From assembly GCA_045616665.1 (NCBI GenBank), contig JAZLHE010000057.1, forward strand, positions 1,898 to 65,897: 64,000 nucleotides of DNA, given 5' to 3'. This DNA comes from Bacteroidales bacterium (GTDB taxonomy: Bacteria > Bacteroidota > Bacteroidia > Bacteroidales > WCHB1-69). The notes under the pieces were generated by a model. That model searched no databases. It saw nothing but the letters and a program-made list of their open reading frames with translations, and was not told where the DNA came from. Every line of letters starts with the position of its first letter. Positions within the stretch are counted from its first letter, which is position 1. The translations under genes and the position numbers were made by a program. Shown piece by piece: positions 54,907 through 64,000 of this stretch.

Positions 54907-55623
54907 TTATTCCATAATCATATTGTGGAAAACGTTGGTGACGTCTTCGTCTTCTTCAATTTTTTCCAACAATTTTTCAACTTCTTCTTGTTCTTCAGGA
55001 GCCAATTTCTTCATATCGTTTGGAATTCTTTCAAATTTGAATTCCTTGATTTCAAACTTGTTGTCTTCCAAATATTTCTGAATCGGTCCAAAGTTCTGGA
55101 ATTCGGCATAGATTACGATTTCGTCCTCGTCCTCAAATAATTCGTCAATACCGTAATCAATGAGTTCCAACTCCAATTCTTCCAAATTGACATCGTCTTT
55201 TTTTACAACGGTAAAACGGCATTTTCTGTCAAAAAGGAAATCCAACATACCTGAAGTACCCAAAGCACCACCCAATTTGTTGAAATAACTTCTGATATTG
55301 GCAACCGTACGCATGTGGTTATCTGTTGCGGTTTCAATATAAATGGCGATGCCGTGAGGTCCGTAACCTTCGTAAAATACTTCCTTGTAATCGCTTGTGT
55401 CTTTTTCAAGGGCTTTTTTTATGGCTCTTTCCACATTTTCCTTAGGCATGTTTTCTGACTTGGCATTCTGCATCAGAAGACGAAGCCTCGGATTCATACC
55501 AGGGTCAGGTCCGCCAGCCTTAACGGCCATTGTGATTTCTTTTCCCAGTCGGGTAAAGGTTCTTGCCATATTACCCCAACGTTTAAATTTTCTTGCTTTT
55601 CTAAATTCAAATGCTCTTCCCAT
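54907..55623 (-). CDS. YebC/PmpR family DNA-binding regulatory protein
   Basis: Motifs MGRAFEFRKARKFKRW and AGGPDPGMNPRL are present. I trimmed the start to ATG 55623. Confidence 0.9.
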   Translation of the reverse strand: MGRAFEFRKARKFKRWGNMARTFTRLGKEITMAVKAGGPDPGMNPRLRLLMQNAKSENMPKENVERAIKKALEKDTSDYKEVFYEGYGPHGIAIYIETATDNHMRTVANIRSYFNKLGGALGTSGMLDFLFDRKCRFTVVKKDDVNLEELELELIDYGIDELFEDEDEIVIYAEFQNFGPIQKYLEDNKFEIKEFKFERIPNDMKKLAPEEQEEVEKLLEKIEEDEDVTNVFHNMIME

Positions 55624-55831
55624 AGTATGTATTTTTTGGAAATTATACTTTATATTTTTTTGAGCTGCAAATATACAAATTTTTCCCACAAAATTTTTGG
55701 AAAATTTTCATGCAGGATGAAATTTCAAAATTTGCCGCTCATGAAGAATCTTTTATGGCAACTGATGTGAAATTTTTTCCAAAAAAAAATTATTTTTATC
55801 GTTAGTGATTTTTTTATTTGAAAATAATTCG

Positions 55832-55839
55832 TATCTTTG
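55832..55839 (+). promoter_or_regulatory. -7 promoter box (TATCTTTG) for the Fur-family regulator/rubrerythrin pair
   Basis: It lies 32 nt upstream of ATG 55871. Confidence 0.45.
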
Positions 55840-55870
55840 CAATGAATTTAAATTTGTAATCAATACAAAA

Positions 55871-56299
55871 ATGAGAAAGGGAAAAACTATTCCGCAGTAT
55901 CTTGAGAAATTCGGCATCAGGCCCTCTGTGCAAAGAATTGCGATAGCTGAGTACCTTATGAAATATCGAACTCATCCTACCGCTGATGAGATTTTTGCGG
56001 CGCTTTCTTCGCAAATACCTACATTGTCAAAGACTACCGTGTATAATACCTTGAAAATATTCGCCGAGAGTGGGGTGGCTACTATGCTCGTTATTGATGA
56101 GAAAAATATTCGTTTTGATGGGGAAACTAAACAACACGCTCATCTGAAATGCAAAAAATGCGGTAAGATAATGGATGTGATGGACTGTCGTTTGCCAAGA
56201 TACCGGCGAAAGGATTTTTTCGTGCTTGAAACGCAGGTGTTTTTTCTCGGTTTTTGTGAAGATTGTATGTCAAGTATAAGTCAAAATATCAATAACTAA
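55871..56299 (+). CDS. Fur family transcriptional repressor (PerR-like by context)
   Basis: Motifs seen: [21 protein letters not shown], and CxxC pairs CKKCGK and FCEDC. It lies directly upstream of rubrerythrin. Confidence 0.8.
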   Translation: MRKGKTIPQYLEKFGIRPSVQRIAIAEYLMKYRTHPTADEIFAALSSQIPTLSKTTVYNTLKIFAESGVATMLVIDEKNIRFDGETKQHAHLKCKKCGKIMDVMDCRLPRYRRKDFFVLETQVFFLGFCEDCMSSISQNINN

Positions 56300-56327
56300 A
56301 TTTATCATTAACTTAAAATCAAAAAAA

Positions 56328-56876
56328 ATGAAGAAAAAATTTGTATGCCCTATTTGCGGCTATGTTCACGAAGGAACTGAAGCTCCTGAAAGATGTCCTC
56401 AATGTAAACAAATTGTTGAATGGAAAGTATTGGATAACGAAGCTGGTTTAAATTTCGTTACTGAACACGTTATCGGCATCGCTAAAGATACTGATGACCA
56501 AATGAAGAAAGATTTGAATGCTCATTTTATGGGTGAAGCTACCGAAGTGGGTATGTATTTGGCAATGAGTCGTCAAGCTGATCGTGAAGGTTATCCGGAA
56601 ATTGCGGAAGCCTTCAAACGCTATGCTTTCGAAGAAGCTGAACATTGCGCTAAATTTGCCGAATTATTGGGTGAAGTGGTTTGGGATACCAAAACCAATC
56701 TCGAAAAACGTATGGTGGCAGAATGTGGCGCTTGCGAAGACAAAATGCGCATTGCTAAACGTGCCAAAGATTTAAATTTAGATGCTATTCACGATACCGT
56801 TCATGAAATGGCTAAGGATGAAGCACGTCACGGAAAAGGTTTCGAAGGCCTTTTCAACCGTTATTTCAAGAAATAG
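56328..56876 (+). CDS. rbr: Rubrerythrin with N-terminal rubredoxin-like domain (reverse domain order)
   Basis: N-terminal [10 protein letters not shown]...CPQC, followed by a ferritin-like di-iron domain ([28 protein letters not shown]). Confidence 0.85.
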   Translation: MKKKFVCPICGYVHEGTEAPERCPQCKQIVEWKVLDNEAGLNFVTEHVIGIAKDTDDQMKKDLNAHFMGEATEVGMYLAMSRQADREGYPEIAEAFKRYAFEEAEHCAKFAELLGEVVWDTKTNLEKRMVAECGACEDKMRIAKRAKDLNLDAIHDTVHEMAKDEARHGKGFEGLFNRYFKK

Positions 56877-56896
56877 TCTTTGCTTTTCTGAATATG

Positions 56897-56929
56897 AAAA
56901 CGGGACACCTGCTGGAGCCCCGTTTTTTT
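56897..56929. terminator. Bidirectional terminator between convergent rbr and pgk
   Basis: AAAACGGG..loop..CCCCGTTTTTTT. Confidence 0.65.
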
Positions 56930-56942
56930 ATGCTTGAATTGA

Positions 56943-58139
56943 TTATTCGTCTTCGTTTAGCACTTTAATGCCTGGAAGGGCTTTCCCTTCGAGATATTCC
57001 AACATAGCGCCGCCACCAGTGCTGATGTAGGAAATGTAATCGTTCAAATCAAATTTTGTGATAGCCGCAATAGAATCACCACCTCCGATAAGAGAATAGG
57101 CACCAGAAATGGTCGTTGTGGCAACGGTCAAAGCGATGGCGTGGGTGCCGTTTGAAAAACGCTTCATTTCAAAAACGCCCAACGGACCATTCCATAAAAT
57201 GGTTCTTGAATTTTTGATAATGTCGGCAAACATTCGGATGGTTTTGGGACCAATGTCCATTCCTTCCCAACCATCTGGAATATGGTTTTGTGTGGTCGTA
57301 TAAGTGTTTGCGTCTTCAGCATATTTGTCTGCACAAATATTGTCAATCGGCAGATACAGGTTGATGCCTCTTAAGTGTGCTTTTTTAACAATTTCTTTGG
57401 CGACGGGAACCATTTCGGGTTCAAATAAAGAATTGCCAATTTTAACACCAAGGGCATTCAAAAAAGTATAAGCCATTCCGCCACCAATAATCAAGTTGTC
57501 AACTTTATCTAATAAATTGTTCAGGATATTGAGTTTGCTTGACACTTTTGAACCACCGATAATGGCAGTAAAAGGTGTAATAGGATTTTGAAGTACGTGG
57601 TCAAGATTGGCTGCTTCATTATATAGTAAATAGCCGGCATAACTCTTGCCAGGAAAACATTTGACGATGGTGGCAGTGGAAGCGTGCTCGCGGTGGGCAG
57701 TGCCAAAAGCATCGTTGACATAGCAATCGCCAAGACTGGCAATGGCTTTGGCAAATTCCATATCACCTTTTTCTTCTTCCGCGTGAAAACGCAGGTTTTC
57801 TAATAAGCCAATATCTCCGGGTTTCATAGAGGCAATCCTGTTTTTGGTTTCAGGATCTAAAACATCTCCTAAGAAAATAACGGTTTGACCTAAAATTTCA
57901 GAAGCTTTGCCTACAATGTGCTTAAGCGAAAATTTGTCGTTGACTTCGCCTTTCGGACGACCAAGGTGGGACATCAAAATGGCAATGCCGTCTTCTTCGG
58001 TAATGGTATTGATGGTTTCTTTTGTCCTTTCAATACGGGTTGTGTCGGTAACTTCAAATTGTTCGTTCAAGGGAACATTGTAATCTACACGGATTAAAAC
58101 CTTTTTCCCATTAAAGTTGGTTTGGTCAATTGATTTCAT
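56943..58139 (-). CDS. pgk: Phosphoglycerate kinase
   Basis: Motifs seen: KVLIRVDYNVPL, MSHLGRPKG and STGGGAMLEYLEGK. Confidence 0.95.
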   Translation of the reverse strand: MKSIDQTNFNGKKVLIRVDYNVPLNEQFEVTDTTRIERTKETINTITEEDGIAILMSHLGRPKGEVNDKFSLKHIVGKASEILGQTVIFLGDVLDPETKNRIASMKPGDIGLLENLRFHAEEEKGDMEFAKAIASLGDCYVNDAFGTAHREHASTATIVKCFPGKSYAGYLLYNEAANLDHVLQNPITPFTAIIGGSKVSSKLNILNNLLDKVDNLIIGGGMAYTFLNALGVKIGNSLFEPEMVPVAKEIVKKAHLRGINLYLPIDNICADKYAEDANTYTTTQNHIPDGWEGMDIGPKTIRMFADIIKNSRTILWNGPLGVFEMKRFSNGTHAIALTVATTTISGAYSLIGGGDSIAAITKFDLNDYISYISTGGGAMLEYLEGKALPGIKVLNEDE

Positions 58140-58177
58140 AACTATTCGTATTAAATTTTTACTATAATAATCAAATG

Positions 58178-59479
58178 TTATTTTTTGTCTATAATTAATG
58201 CGTCTGCCACGACTTCTGCCACAGATTTGATTTCCACATTGAGTTTGTAGTGGTGATTGATTTGGATAAGCTGGTCAACGCAGTTGTGACAAGGAGTGAT
58301 GACGACGTTGGCGCCGGTAGCTTTAATTTGTTCGGCCTTGATTTCTCCGACTTTGAGTCTTCGGTCGTTATACTCACTCATAGCCAACATTCCGCCGCCG
58401 CCGCCGCAACAGAAATTGTCGTTTCCGTATGGATTCATCTCAATCAGTTCTGGAATCACGCTTTTGACGACATAGCGCAGCGAATGGAATAATCCGCCAT
58501 TACGTGTGATGTTGCAGGGGTCGTGAATGGTGTATTTTTTTGTGTTAAGATTTTTATCTACTTTGATAATACCTTTTTTTAAGTATTCTTCAATGAGCTC
58601 AACCAGGGTAATCATCTTAAAATCAGGATGTTGTTGTAAGTAGTTGGGTGCTTCCCAACGAAGTGCGCGCGATCCGTGTCCGCATTCGCCCAAAACCAAA
58701 GTCTTGCAACCCAATTTCTCCATTTCGTTGAACATATTTTTCGCAATTTGAGTCGCTTCCTGATCATTCCCGGAAAAATAGCCATAGTTTGTTACATCAT
58801 ACATCTTTGAAGATAAGGTCCAGTTGGCTTTGGCTGCGTATAAAATCTTGGCGGCAGCAGCAATAGAAAGCGGGAAAAATTTAGGTTCGCGGGGATTGAG
58901 CGTGTAAAGCATTTCCTTCCCGCTTTCATTCAATGGAATTTTCGCATTCTCGTCCTCTACATCATCTTGCAAATCTTCTTCCATCCATTGGATGGTGTCA
59001 ACATATTCTTCCTCCGGAATGCCCATATTATTGCCTGTGTTAATGGCTGCATCAACAGTGGCTTGCAAGGTCTTGGGAACATAGCCCATAGCTGCCAGCA
59101 TCCTGCGACCTGTGCGGACAATAAAGGGAATGTCAACGCCAATGGAACAATGTTTGACACAACGTCCACACATCGTACAAGCTCCATATAACGAATCGAC
59201 CATTTCTTCAATCATCTTGTCGTCCAAATCTCTCGCATTGACCAGAGCCGGTGCGGTTTTCCCGATGAAAGTACAGTATCTGCGGTAAATGGAAGCAACG
59301 AGATCAACTTTTTTCCCGGGAATGAATTTGGGATCATTAAAAGTTTTGTAGAACATACAGCTTGTTCCGCATAAACCACAGTGAACACAAGCATTAAGAT
59401 GTGTAACTAATTTGCTATCAACCTTCGGTGATAAAAATTTTTTTGCTATTTGTATATTATTTGGGTCAATAGTATTCAT
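58178..59479 (-). CDS. (Fe-S)-binding oxidoreductase with two 4Fe-4S motifs and two CCG domains (HdrD/GlpC/LutA-like)
   Basis: Motifs seen: CVHCGLCGTSC, CTMCGRCVKHC, and the CCG motifs DPCNITRNGG and FCCGGGGG...TPCHNC. I trimmed the start to ATG 59479. Confidence 0.75.
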   Translation of the reverse strand: MNTIDPNNIQIAKKFLSPKVDSKLVTHLNACVHCGLCGTSCMFYKTFNDPKFIPGKKVDLVASIYRRYCTFIGKTAPALVNARDLDDKMIEEMVDSLYGACTMCGRCVKHCSIGVDIPFIVRTGRRMLAAMGYVPKTLQATVDAAINTGNNMGIPEEEYVDTIQWMEEDLQDDVEDENAKIPLNESGKEMLYTLNPREPKFFPLSIAAAAKILYAAKANWTLSSKMYDVTNYGYFSGNDQEATQIAKNMFNEMEKLGCKTLVLGECGHGSRALRWEAPNYLQQHPDFKMITLVELIEEYLKKGIIKVDKNLNTKKYTIHDPCNITRNGGLFHSLRYVVKSVIPELIEMNPYGNDNFCCGGGGGMLAMSEYNDRRLKVGEIKAEQIKATGANVVITPCHNCVDQLIQINHHYKLNVEIKSVAEVVADALIIDKK

Positions 59480-59543
59480 AAATGAATATTTTTTTGCAAA
59501 GATAACTAAAACTTTGATATTATGCAAATAATATCTTTGAAAT

Positions 59544-59574
59544 AAAAAAACGCCGTCGAAATGTCGGCGGCGTT
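59544..59574 (-). terminator. Rho-independent terminator downstream of 59629..60549
   Basis: An AACGCCGTCGA / TCGGCGGCGTT imperfect stem, with the A-run 59544-59550 giving a U-run on the minus strand. Confidence 0.65.
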
Positions 59575-59628
59575 TCTATGAGAGAGAAGAAATTTTTTAT
59601 AAAAGTGAATCTTCAAAGTCTGAAAGCT

Positions 59629-60549
59629 TTATTTTAAAGTAATATAACTTTCTCCCAAATAAGTATTGTCTGTAAATACTTGAACAATATATTTCCCTTT
59701 GATTGCCTTGTCATTTTCTCTGATATTCCACACCAAAGAAACATTTTGGGCTTTGTTATCATAATTGATTGTGGTTTTTGCGGTGTATTGCAAACGCTGG
59801 CCGTTATTGACAAAAGTATAGAAATCTCCAGCCCCTGGAGTTAATACTCTGCCGGTTTCTGGAAGGGCAATACGGCAATAAAGATTAACTGGACCTGCTG
59901 GCAAAAGTGAGTTCTCAGCCAATGTTAACGTGGTTTTTAACGCTTTGGCACGACCGGCTCTGTCAGTTTCAACTTCAGTTCCTTTGGCTTTGTAAAATAC
60001 GGCACGGCTATGAATATTATATGCTTTGTGAACTGCGGCACCGGAAATGCGAGTGTTCAAACTGTCTTTGTGTCTTTGAAGAAGGTTCTTCTCTTCACGC
60101 GTTTGTGCTAAAGTTTCTTTAACTTGAGAATTTTCTTCTTTCAAAGCCTGGTTTTCAGCATATAATTGGTCAATTTCGGTAACATATTCTTGGGCAATAT
60201 TCTGTAAACGCTGAAGTTGTCTCTTGATTTTATTGTAGTCGCCTTGAGAAGCAATCAACTTCTGAATTTCGGCGGCATTGGCCATAATGGTACTGTCTTT
60301 TTCACTGAGTAAATCGGACAATTCGCCGTATTCGCTTTTAATTTTTTCATGTTCTGCCAATAATGAATCCAATTCGGCTTGCAGATTCTCGTTCTCTGTG
60401 GTTACCTCAGTGTATTCTTGGTTGAAAACGGGTTTTGCAAAAAATCCGAAGTATAGTGTTGTAAATAAAAGAATTGCGCATAATGCTCCTAAAATAATAA
60501 CCCATTTTTTTAATGGATTTTGTTCGTTTCTTTCGTGTGTGGTTTCCAT
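59629..60549 (-). CDS. Membrane-anchored coiled-coil protein with C-terminal beta-rich domain, function unknown
   Basis: A TM helix (WVIILGALCAILLFTTLYFGFF), then about 130 aa of heptad-like sequence (ELDSLLAEHEKIKSEYGELSDLL...) and a C-terminal globular region. ATG 60549 lies behind the -7 box at 60586-60593. The track start at 60573 is a TTG. Confidence 0.5.
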   Translation of the reverse strand: METTHERNEQNPLKKWVIILGALCAILLFTTLYFGFFAKPVFNQEYTEVTTENENLQAELDSLLAEHEKIKSEYGELSDLLSEKDSTIMANAAEIQKLIASQGDYNKIKRQLQRLQNIAQEYVTEIDQLYAENQALKEENSQVKETLAQTREEKNLLQRHKDSLNTRISGAAVHKAYNIHSRAVFYKAKGTEVETDRAGRAKALKTTLTLAENSLLPAGPVNLYCRIALPETGRVLTPGAGDFYTFVNNGQRLQYTAKTTINYDNKAQNVSLVWNIRENDKAIKGKYIVQVFTDNTYLGESYITLK

Positions 60550-60610
60550 TTTTTTTGTATTTTTGAATCTCAAAAGTTAGAACTGCAAAGATACTAATTT
60601 ATTATGCTAT

Positions 60611-61309
60611 ATGAACAAATTTGATGAACTTTTAAAAAATTTTATTGCTTTTTTCTATCCTCGTTCTTGCATCGCTTGTGGTGATGCGTTGCAAAAAAAT
60701 GAACAACACTTCTGTTTGTCTTGCTTGATGCACTTGCCTGAAACCAATTTTCATCTAATGGAACAGTCTCCCTTGGATTTAATTTTTTCGGGACGTGTGC
60801 CAGTGGAAAAGGTATCCTCAATGCTTTTTTATAAAAAAGGAAATCCGGTTCAGCATATTTTGCACGCCTTGAAATATAAAGGAAATAAAGAAATCGGCGC
60901 TTTTTTAGGAGAAATATATGGACAGCAATTGATAAAAAGTGAATATTATCAATCAGTTGATTGCATTCTTCCGATTCCGTTGCATCCCAAGAAATATAAA
61001 ATCCGTGGCTATAATCAAAGCGAATGCATTGCTATGGGATTAAGCAAAAGTATGAATATACCATATTATAATAATGTGTTGTTGAGAACGGAATATACAG
61101 AAACGCAAACAAAAAAGAGTCGTTTTAACCGTTGGGAAAATGTTAAGGATGTGTTTGTCGTGGATGATGCGGAACCAATTAAAGGAAAACACGTGCTTGT
61201 TTGTGATGACGTGTTGACTACGGGGGCTACGATGGAAGCTGCCATTATGAAAATCAAACAGGTGGAAAATGTGCGCGTCAGTGTTGTAACTTTGGCCTGT
61301 GCCAACTAA
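60611..61309 (+). CDS. comF: ComF family protein (phosphoribosyltransferase domain)
   Basis: N-terminal zinc-finger-like CIACGD...CLSC. The C-terminal PRTase motif is VLVCDDVLTTGATMEAA. Confidence 0.85.
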   Translation: MNKFDELLKNFIAFFYPRSCIACGDALQKNEQHFCLSCLMHLPETNFHLMEQSPLDLIFSGRVPVEKVSSMLFYKKGNPVQHILHALKYKGNKEIGAFLGEIYGQQLIKSEYYQSVDCILPIPLHPKKYKIRGYNQSECIAMGLSKSMNIPYYNNVLLRTEYTETQTKKSRFNRWENVKDVFVVDDAEPIKGKHVLVCDDVLTTGATMEAAIMKIKQVENVRVSVVTLACAN

Positions 61310-61310
61310 T

Positions 61311-63902
61311 TTATCTGTTGGTGACAATGGTAATGGTGCCGTGTAAGGGATGAATGATGGATCCCTGCAAAGAGTATAAGTAAACGTCGCAACTGTAAAA
61401 ATAGGTGCCGTCCGAGCATTTTTCCTTGCTCAGATAGTCTCGGCCATCCCAATTGATGTCGGCATCATTCGTATGAAAAACTTTTCTGCCCCAACGATTG
61501 TAAATCGTCATATCGATTTTTTCAACATTATGATAAGGCTGATACGGTTGGAATAAGTCGTTAATTCCATCATTATTGGGCGTAAAAGTATTGGGTAACC
61601 GATAATCCATACATTCGTCAACGTCAATGCAGATTTCGGCTGTGCGTCCAGATAAATTGTAGTTGGAATCAATGGCTGCCAACGAAAAACATCCGGTAAC
61701 ATACGGAAGATTGCTTAGAGTATATTCACAATGACGTCCGTCACAAAAACTTCCGTCGATGGAATCAATGATGGAAAATTCATCATTGATTTGCCTTTTA
61801 AAATATATGTAAAAGGTTTTAACCTCTGCTGCCGCTTCAGAAGTGGAAAAATCCCACTTGAAAAATACAGACTCACAATCTGTAGTAATGTCAATGGTTG
61901 GTATTTCAGGAGGAATATTGTCAATGGGAATGGCACAAAGTCTTTGAGAACGATTGTATAACGGATAAATGCTGTCTGGCGCAAAATAACCGCCAACAGA
62001 TTGAACGTAATAACAATATTCTTTTTTGTTTTCGAGATTTTGATCAATATAGTATTGATTGCTTGTTTCGCCAATGGAATCCCACGAATGTAAATCTTCA
62101 TTTAATCTATGTACAATATATTTAGTATTATTCCACGAAACATCTTCGTTCCAGGACAACTTGAGTTGCCTGTCCATTGATTCAATATAAAGGTAAATAG
62201 ATGAACTGGGGTCGGAACTTTCTATATATTGCATACTGTTGTTTGCCATTCCATAAAAATCAATCCGATAATAATAATCACTGTCAATGGTATTAATATT
62301 GTAATCAGTATAACTGGTGTCGAAAATAGAAAAATTGGTGTCAATGACCATAAAATTTCCTTCATTTTGCCTTGAACAACGGAATATGCGGTATTGAAAT
62401 TCAGGGCCAAATTGCAGACTGTCAAATTCTGTAGGTCGAAGCCATTGAATATGGATAATGCCATCGTTTTGATCGGTTTCCTCCACATCAACATTAGTCA
62501 GAATGGGAGCATCTTTGGCTAAGTGAGCGCAGGTTTCATTAGAAACATAACTTTCCGCTCCATCATCAAAAAATGCCACGATGCGATAACAATATTCATT
62601 ACCGTGCAATAGTGGAACCGTGCTTCCGTCATCAATAAAGGAAGTTTCCATTATATTATTAATGGTGTGGATAAGATAATAACCGGCATCATCAGGCATT
62701 CCAACTTCACATTCTCCCGGTTCAAAAGGATTGCTTCCGTTACGACGGTATATTTTAAATCCCTTACCATTGGTGCAATTGTAAAAATCCCAATTTAAAT
62801 GGATTTCATTTCCGACGGCTTCCGCTTCGAGGCTTTCGGGTTCCGGCGCGACGATTCTAATTGAAATCGTCTTAAAAGTGCTTAATTCAACTTGAGGTCC
62901 ATTGTCTTTTGCCTTCAAATGCACGCTGTAAGGAGACGCGCTGATATGATGACATTGCGTGTTCCACATAAAGTTTGAACTGGCAGGAGAATGACCATCT
63001 ACGATATCGTGGAAGATAGCAGCGGATGGAGACGCGTAAAAACAAGAACCTGTTGCACTCAAGGATACTAAGCCGTTGTCGGGATCGCTCACTGTAATGG
63101 GCATATCAATTCTTTGTCCAGCTGTCACACAAGTGTCGTGGGCAGTAATGACTGGAGGACGATTGTCGCACGCCACAATCGTGATTTGCATATCGCGAAC
63201 CACACTGCCTATCAGTATGCCACTTCTCCATTCTTGAATAAGTATAGCGATGTTATATTCACCCACCATAGTTGGACTATCCCATACCAAATCACCGGTA
63301 ATAGGATCAATGCTGATGGAATGAGTGGCATTGGGCAAAGTGTATCCTGGAATGTCTTCGCCTTCATAACCTCTACAAGTAATTAAACTGAACGACAGAC
63401 TGTCTCCGTCGGTATCATACGCACCAGGATTGTGGCAATAGGGAGTATTTAAACAGCCATTGTCAATAGGCGGAAACAACAATTGCGGTGAATTATCCGC
63501 ACCCAAAAACGGATTAATGATAAGTGTTGTTTCAATATAAAAAGGGATATTTACAGAATTCGGAATGTTGACAATACCTGCATTTCGGTTGGGATCTTCG
63601 AAAAAAATGGAATAAACTCCATTTCCCGCATAAGTATGATCGGATATATATATGTTTTGACTTATATCGTTTCCCAGATTATTTTTTACTGCTCTGATGA
63701 TGACAGAAGAACTTCCATCTCCCCAAAACACTTCTATTTCTGGTCGGTCGGCAGGACTCGGAGTATAGGTGTAGGTAACAATGGTAAATCTATAGGTTAA
63801 TCCCGAAATGTGTTCGTAAGTAATTTCTCCCGACCGCTGATGGGTTGCCCAAAGAGGTATAGTTAAAATAGACAATATAGTATATAGGAGAAATTTTTGC
63901 AC
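61311..63902 (-). CDS. Large secreted multi-domain (Ig/FN3-like) protein with T9SS type B (gliding-motility CHU_C) C-terminal sorting domain
   Basis: The C-terminus PNTFTPNNDGINDLFQPY...IYNRWGRKVFHTND..WDGRD is the signature of the T9SS type B CTD. A signal peptide is present at the N-terminus. It uses a GTG start at 63902, behind the -7 box at 63926-63933 (TACCTTTG). Confidence 0.8.
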   Translation of the reverse strand: MQKFLLYTILSILTIPLWATHQRSGEITYEHISGLTYRFTIVTYTYTPSPADRPEIEVFWGDGSSSVIIRAVKNNLGNDISQNIYISDHTYAGNGVYSIFFEDPNRNAGIVNIPNSVNIPFYIETTLIINPFLGADNSPQLLFPPIDNGCLNTPYCHNPGAYDTDGDSLSFSLITCRGYEGEDIPGYTLPNATHSISIDPITGDLVWDSPTMVGEYNIAILIQEWRSGILIGSVVRDMQITIVACDNRPPVITAHDTCVTAGQRIDMPITVSDPDNGLVSLSATGSCFYASPSAAIFHDIVDGHSPASSNFMWNTQCHHISASPYSVHLKAKDNGPQVELSTFKTISIRIVAPEPESLEAEAVGNEIHLNWDFYNCTNGKGFKIYRRNGSNPFEPGECEVGMPDDAGYYLIHTINNIMETSFIDDGSTVPLLHGNEYCYRIVAFFDDGAESYVSNETCAHLAKDAPILTNVDVEETDQNDGIIHIQWLRPTEFDSLQFGPEFQYRIFRCSRQNEGNFMVIDTNFSIFDTSYTDYNINTIDSDYYYRIDFYGMANNSMQYIESSDPSSSIYLYIESMDRQLKLSWNEDVSWNNTKYIVHRLNEDLHSWDSIGETSNQYYIDQNLENKKEYCYYVQSVGGYFAPDSIYPLYNRSQRLCAIPIDNIPPEIPTIDITTDCESVFFKWDFSTSEAAAEVKTFYIYFKRQINDEFSIIDSIDGSFCDGRHCEYTLSNLPYVTGCFSLAAIDSNYNLSGRTAEICIDVDECMDYRLPNTFTPNNDGINDLFQPYQPYHNVEKIDMTIYNRWGRKVFHTNDADINWDGRDYLSKEKCSDGTYFYSCDVYLYSLQGSIIHPLHGTITIVTNR

Positions 63903-64000
63903 TTTATTGATGATTTTTGAGTTTGCAAAGGTACAATTTTTTTAAATATCGAAGAAATGATAGAATAAGTATTCTGAAAGATGCATTTTTTACCTTCAAA

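Noticed and set aside
1-64000. Scan for tRNA/rRNA/tmRNA, CRISPR arrays, IS elements, integrases and prophage genes
   Set aside because: I found no GTTCRANYC T-arm-like contexts with acceptor stems, no regularly spaced direct repeats, and no transposase or integrase-like ORFs in any frame of the track.

Overview
This 64-kb window looks like chromosomal DNA from a Bacteroidota (Bacteroidales/Flavobacteriia-like) genome. The supporting evidence is two T9SS C-terminal sorting domains (type A and type B), a gldA-like ABC ATPase, a FISUMP lipoprotein, a Rho with a long low-complexity N-terminal extension, and many TAnnTTTG -7 promoter boxes 20-60 nt upstream of start codons with no Shine-Dalgarno sequences. 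Most of the window is housekeeping: mutB, sufS, tilS, nrdJ, rho, a dcw cell-wall cluster running mraZ to ftsW, mnmA, azlCD, an N-acyl amino-acid lipid gene pair, engB, nadB, topA, glnS, uvrC, miaA, a Fur-family regulator with rubrerythrin, pgk and comF. I saw no rRNA, tRNA, CRISPR array, transposase or integrase. Several ORF-track entries carry N-terminal extensions from non-ATG starts, and I trimmed these to internal ATGs that sit behind a -7 box. One real gene is missing from the track: an M20 amidohydrolase at 1..866 (-) that runs off the left edge. The most interesting region is 3.1-7.3 kb. It holds a same-strand cassette of a DUF1016/YhcG PD-(D/E)XK nuclease, an EcoRI-like N6-adenine methyltransferase and a DUF262(ParB-like)::HNH nuclease. 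The cassette genes are separated by two long non-coding spacers with dense, nested helices. In these helices the G-U wobbles form only on the gene strand, so they look like structured RNAs. A 21-24 nt repeat precedes the first and second genes. The second notable region is the distal end of the dcw cluster. There murD is reduced to a 185-aa degenerate C-terminal domain, ftsW appears to have lost the SEDS QP[SA]E..K motif, and the cluster stops where murG is expected. It abuts a ~1.5 kb GC-rich island that contains hairpin repeats, a FISUMP lipoprotein gene and a G-quadruplex motif. All family assignments rest on motifs I recognised by eye. No database search was run.
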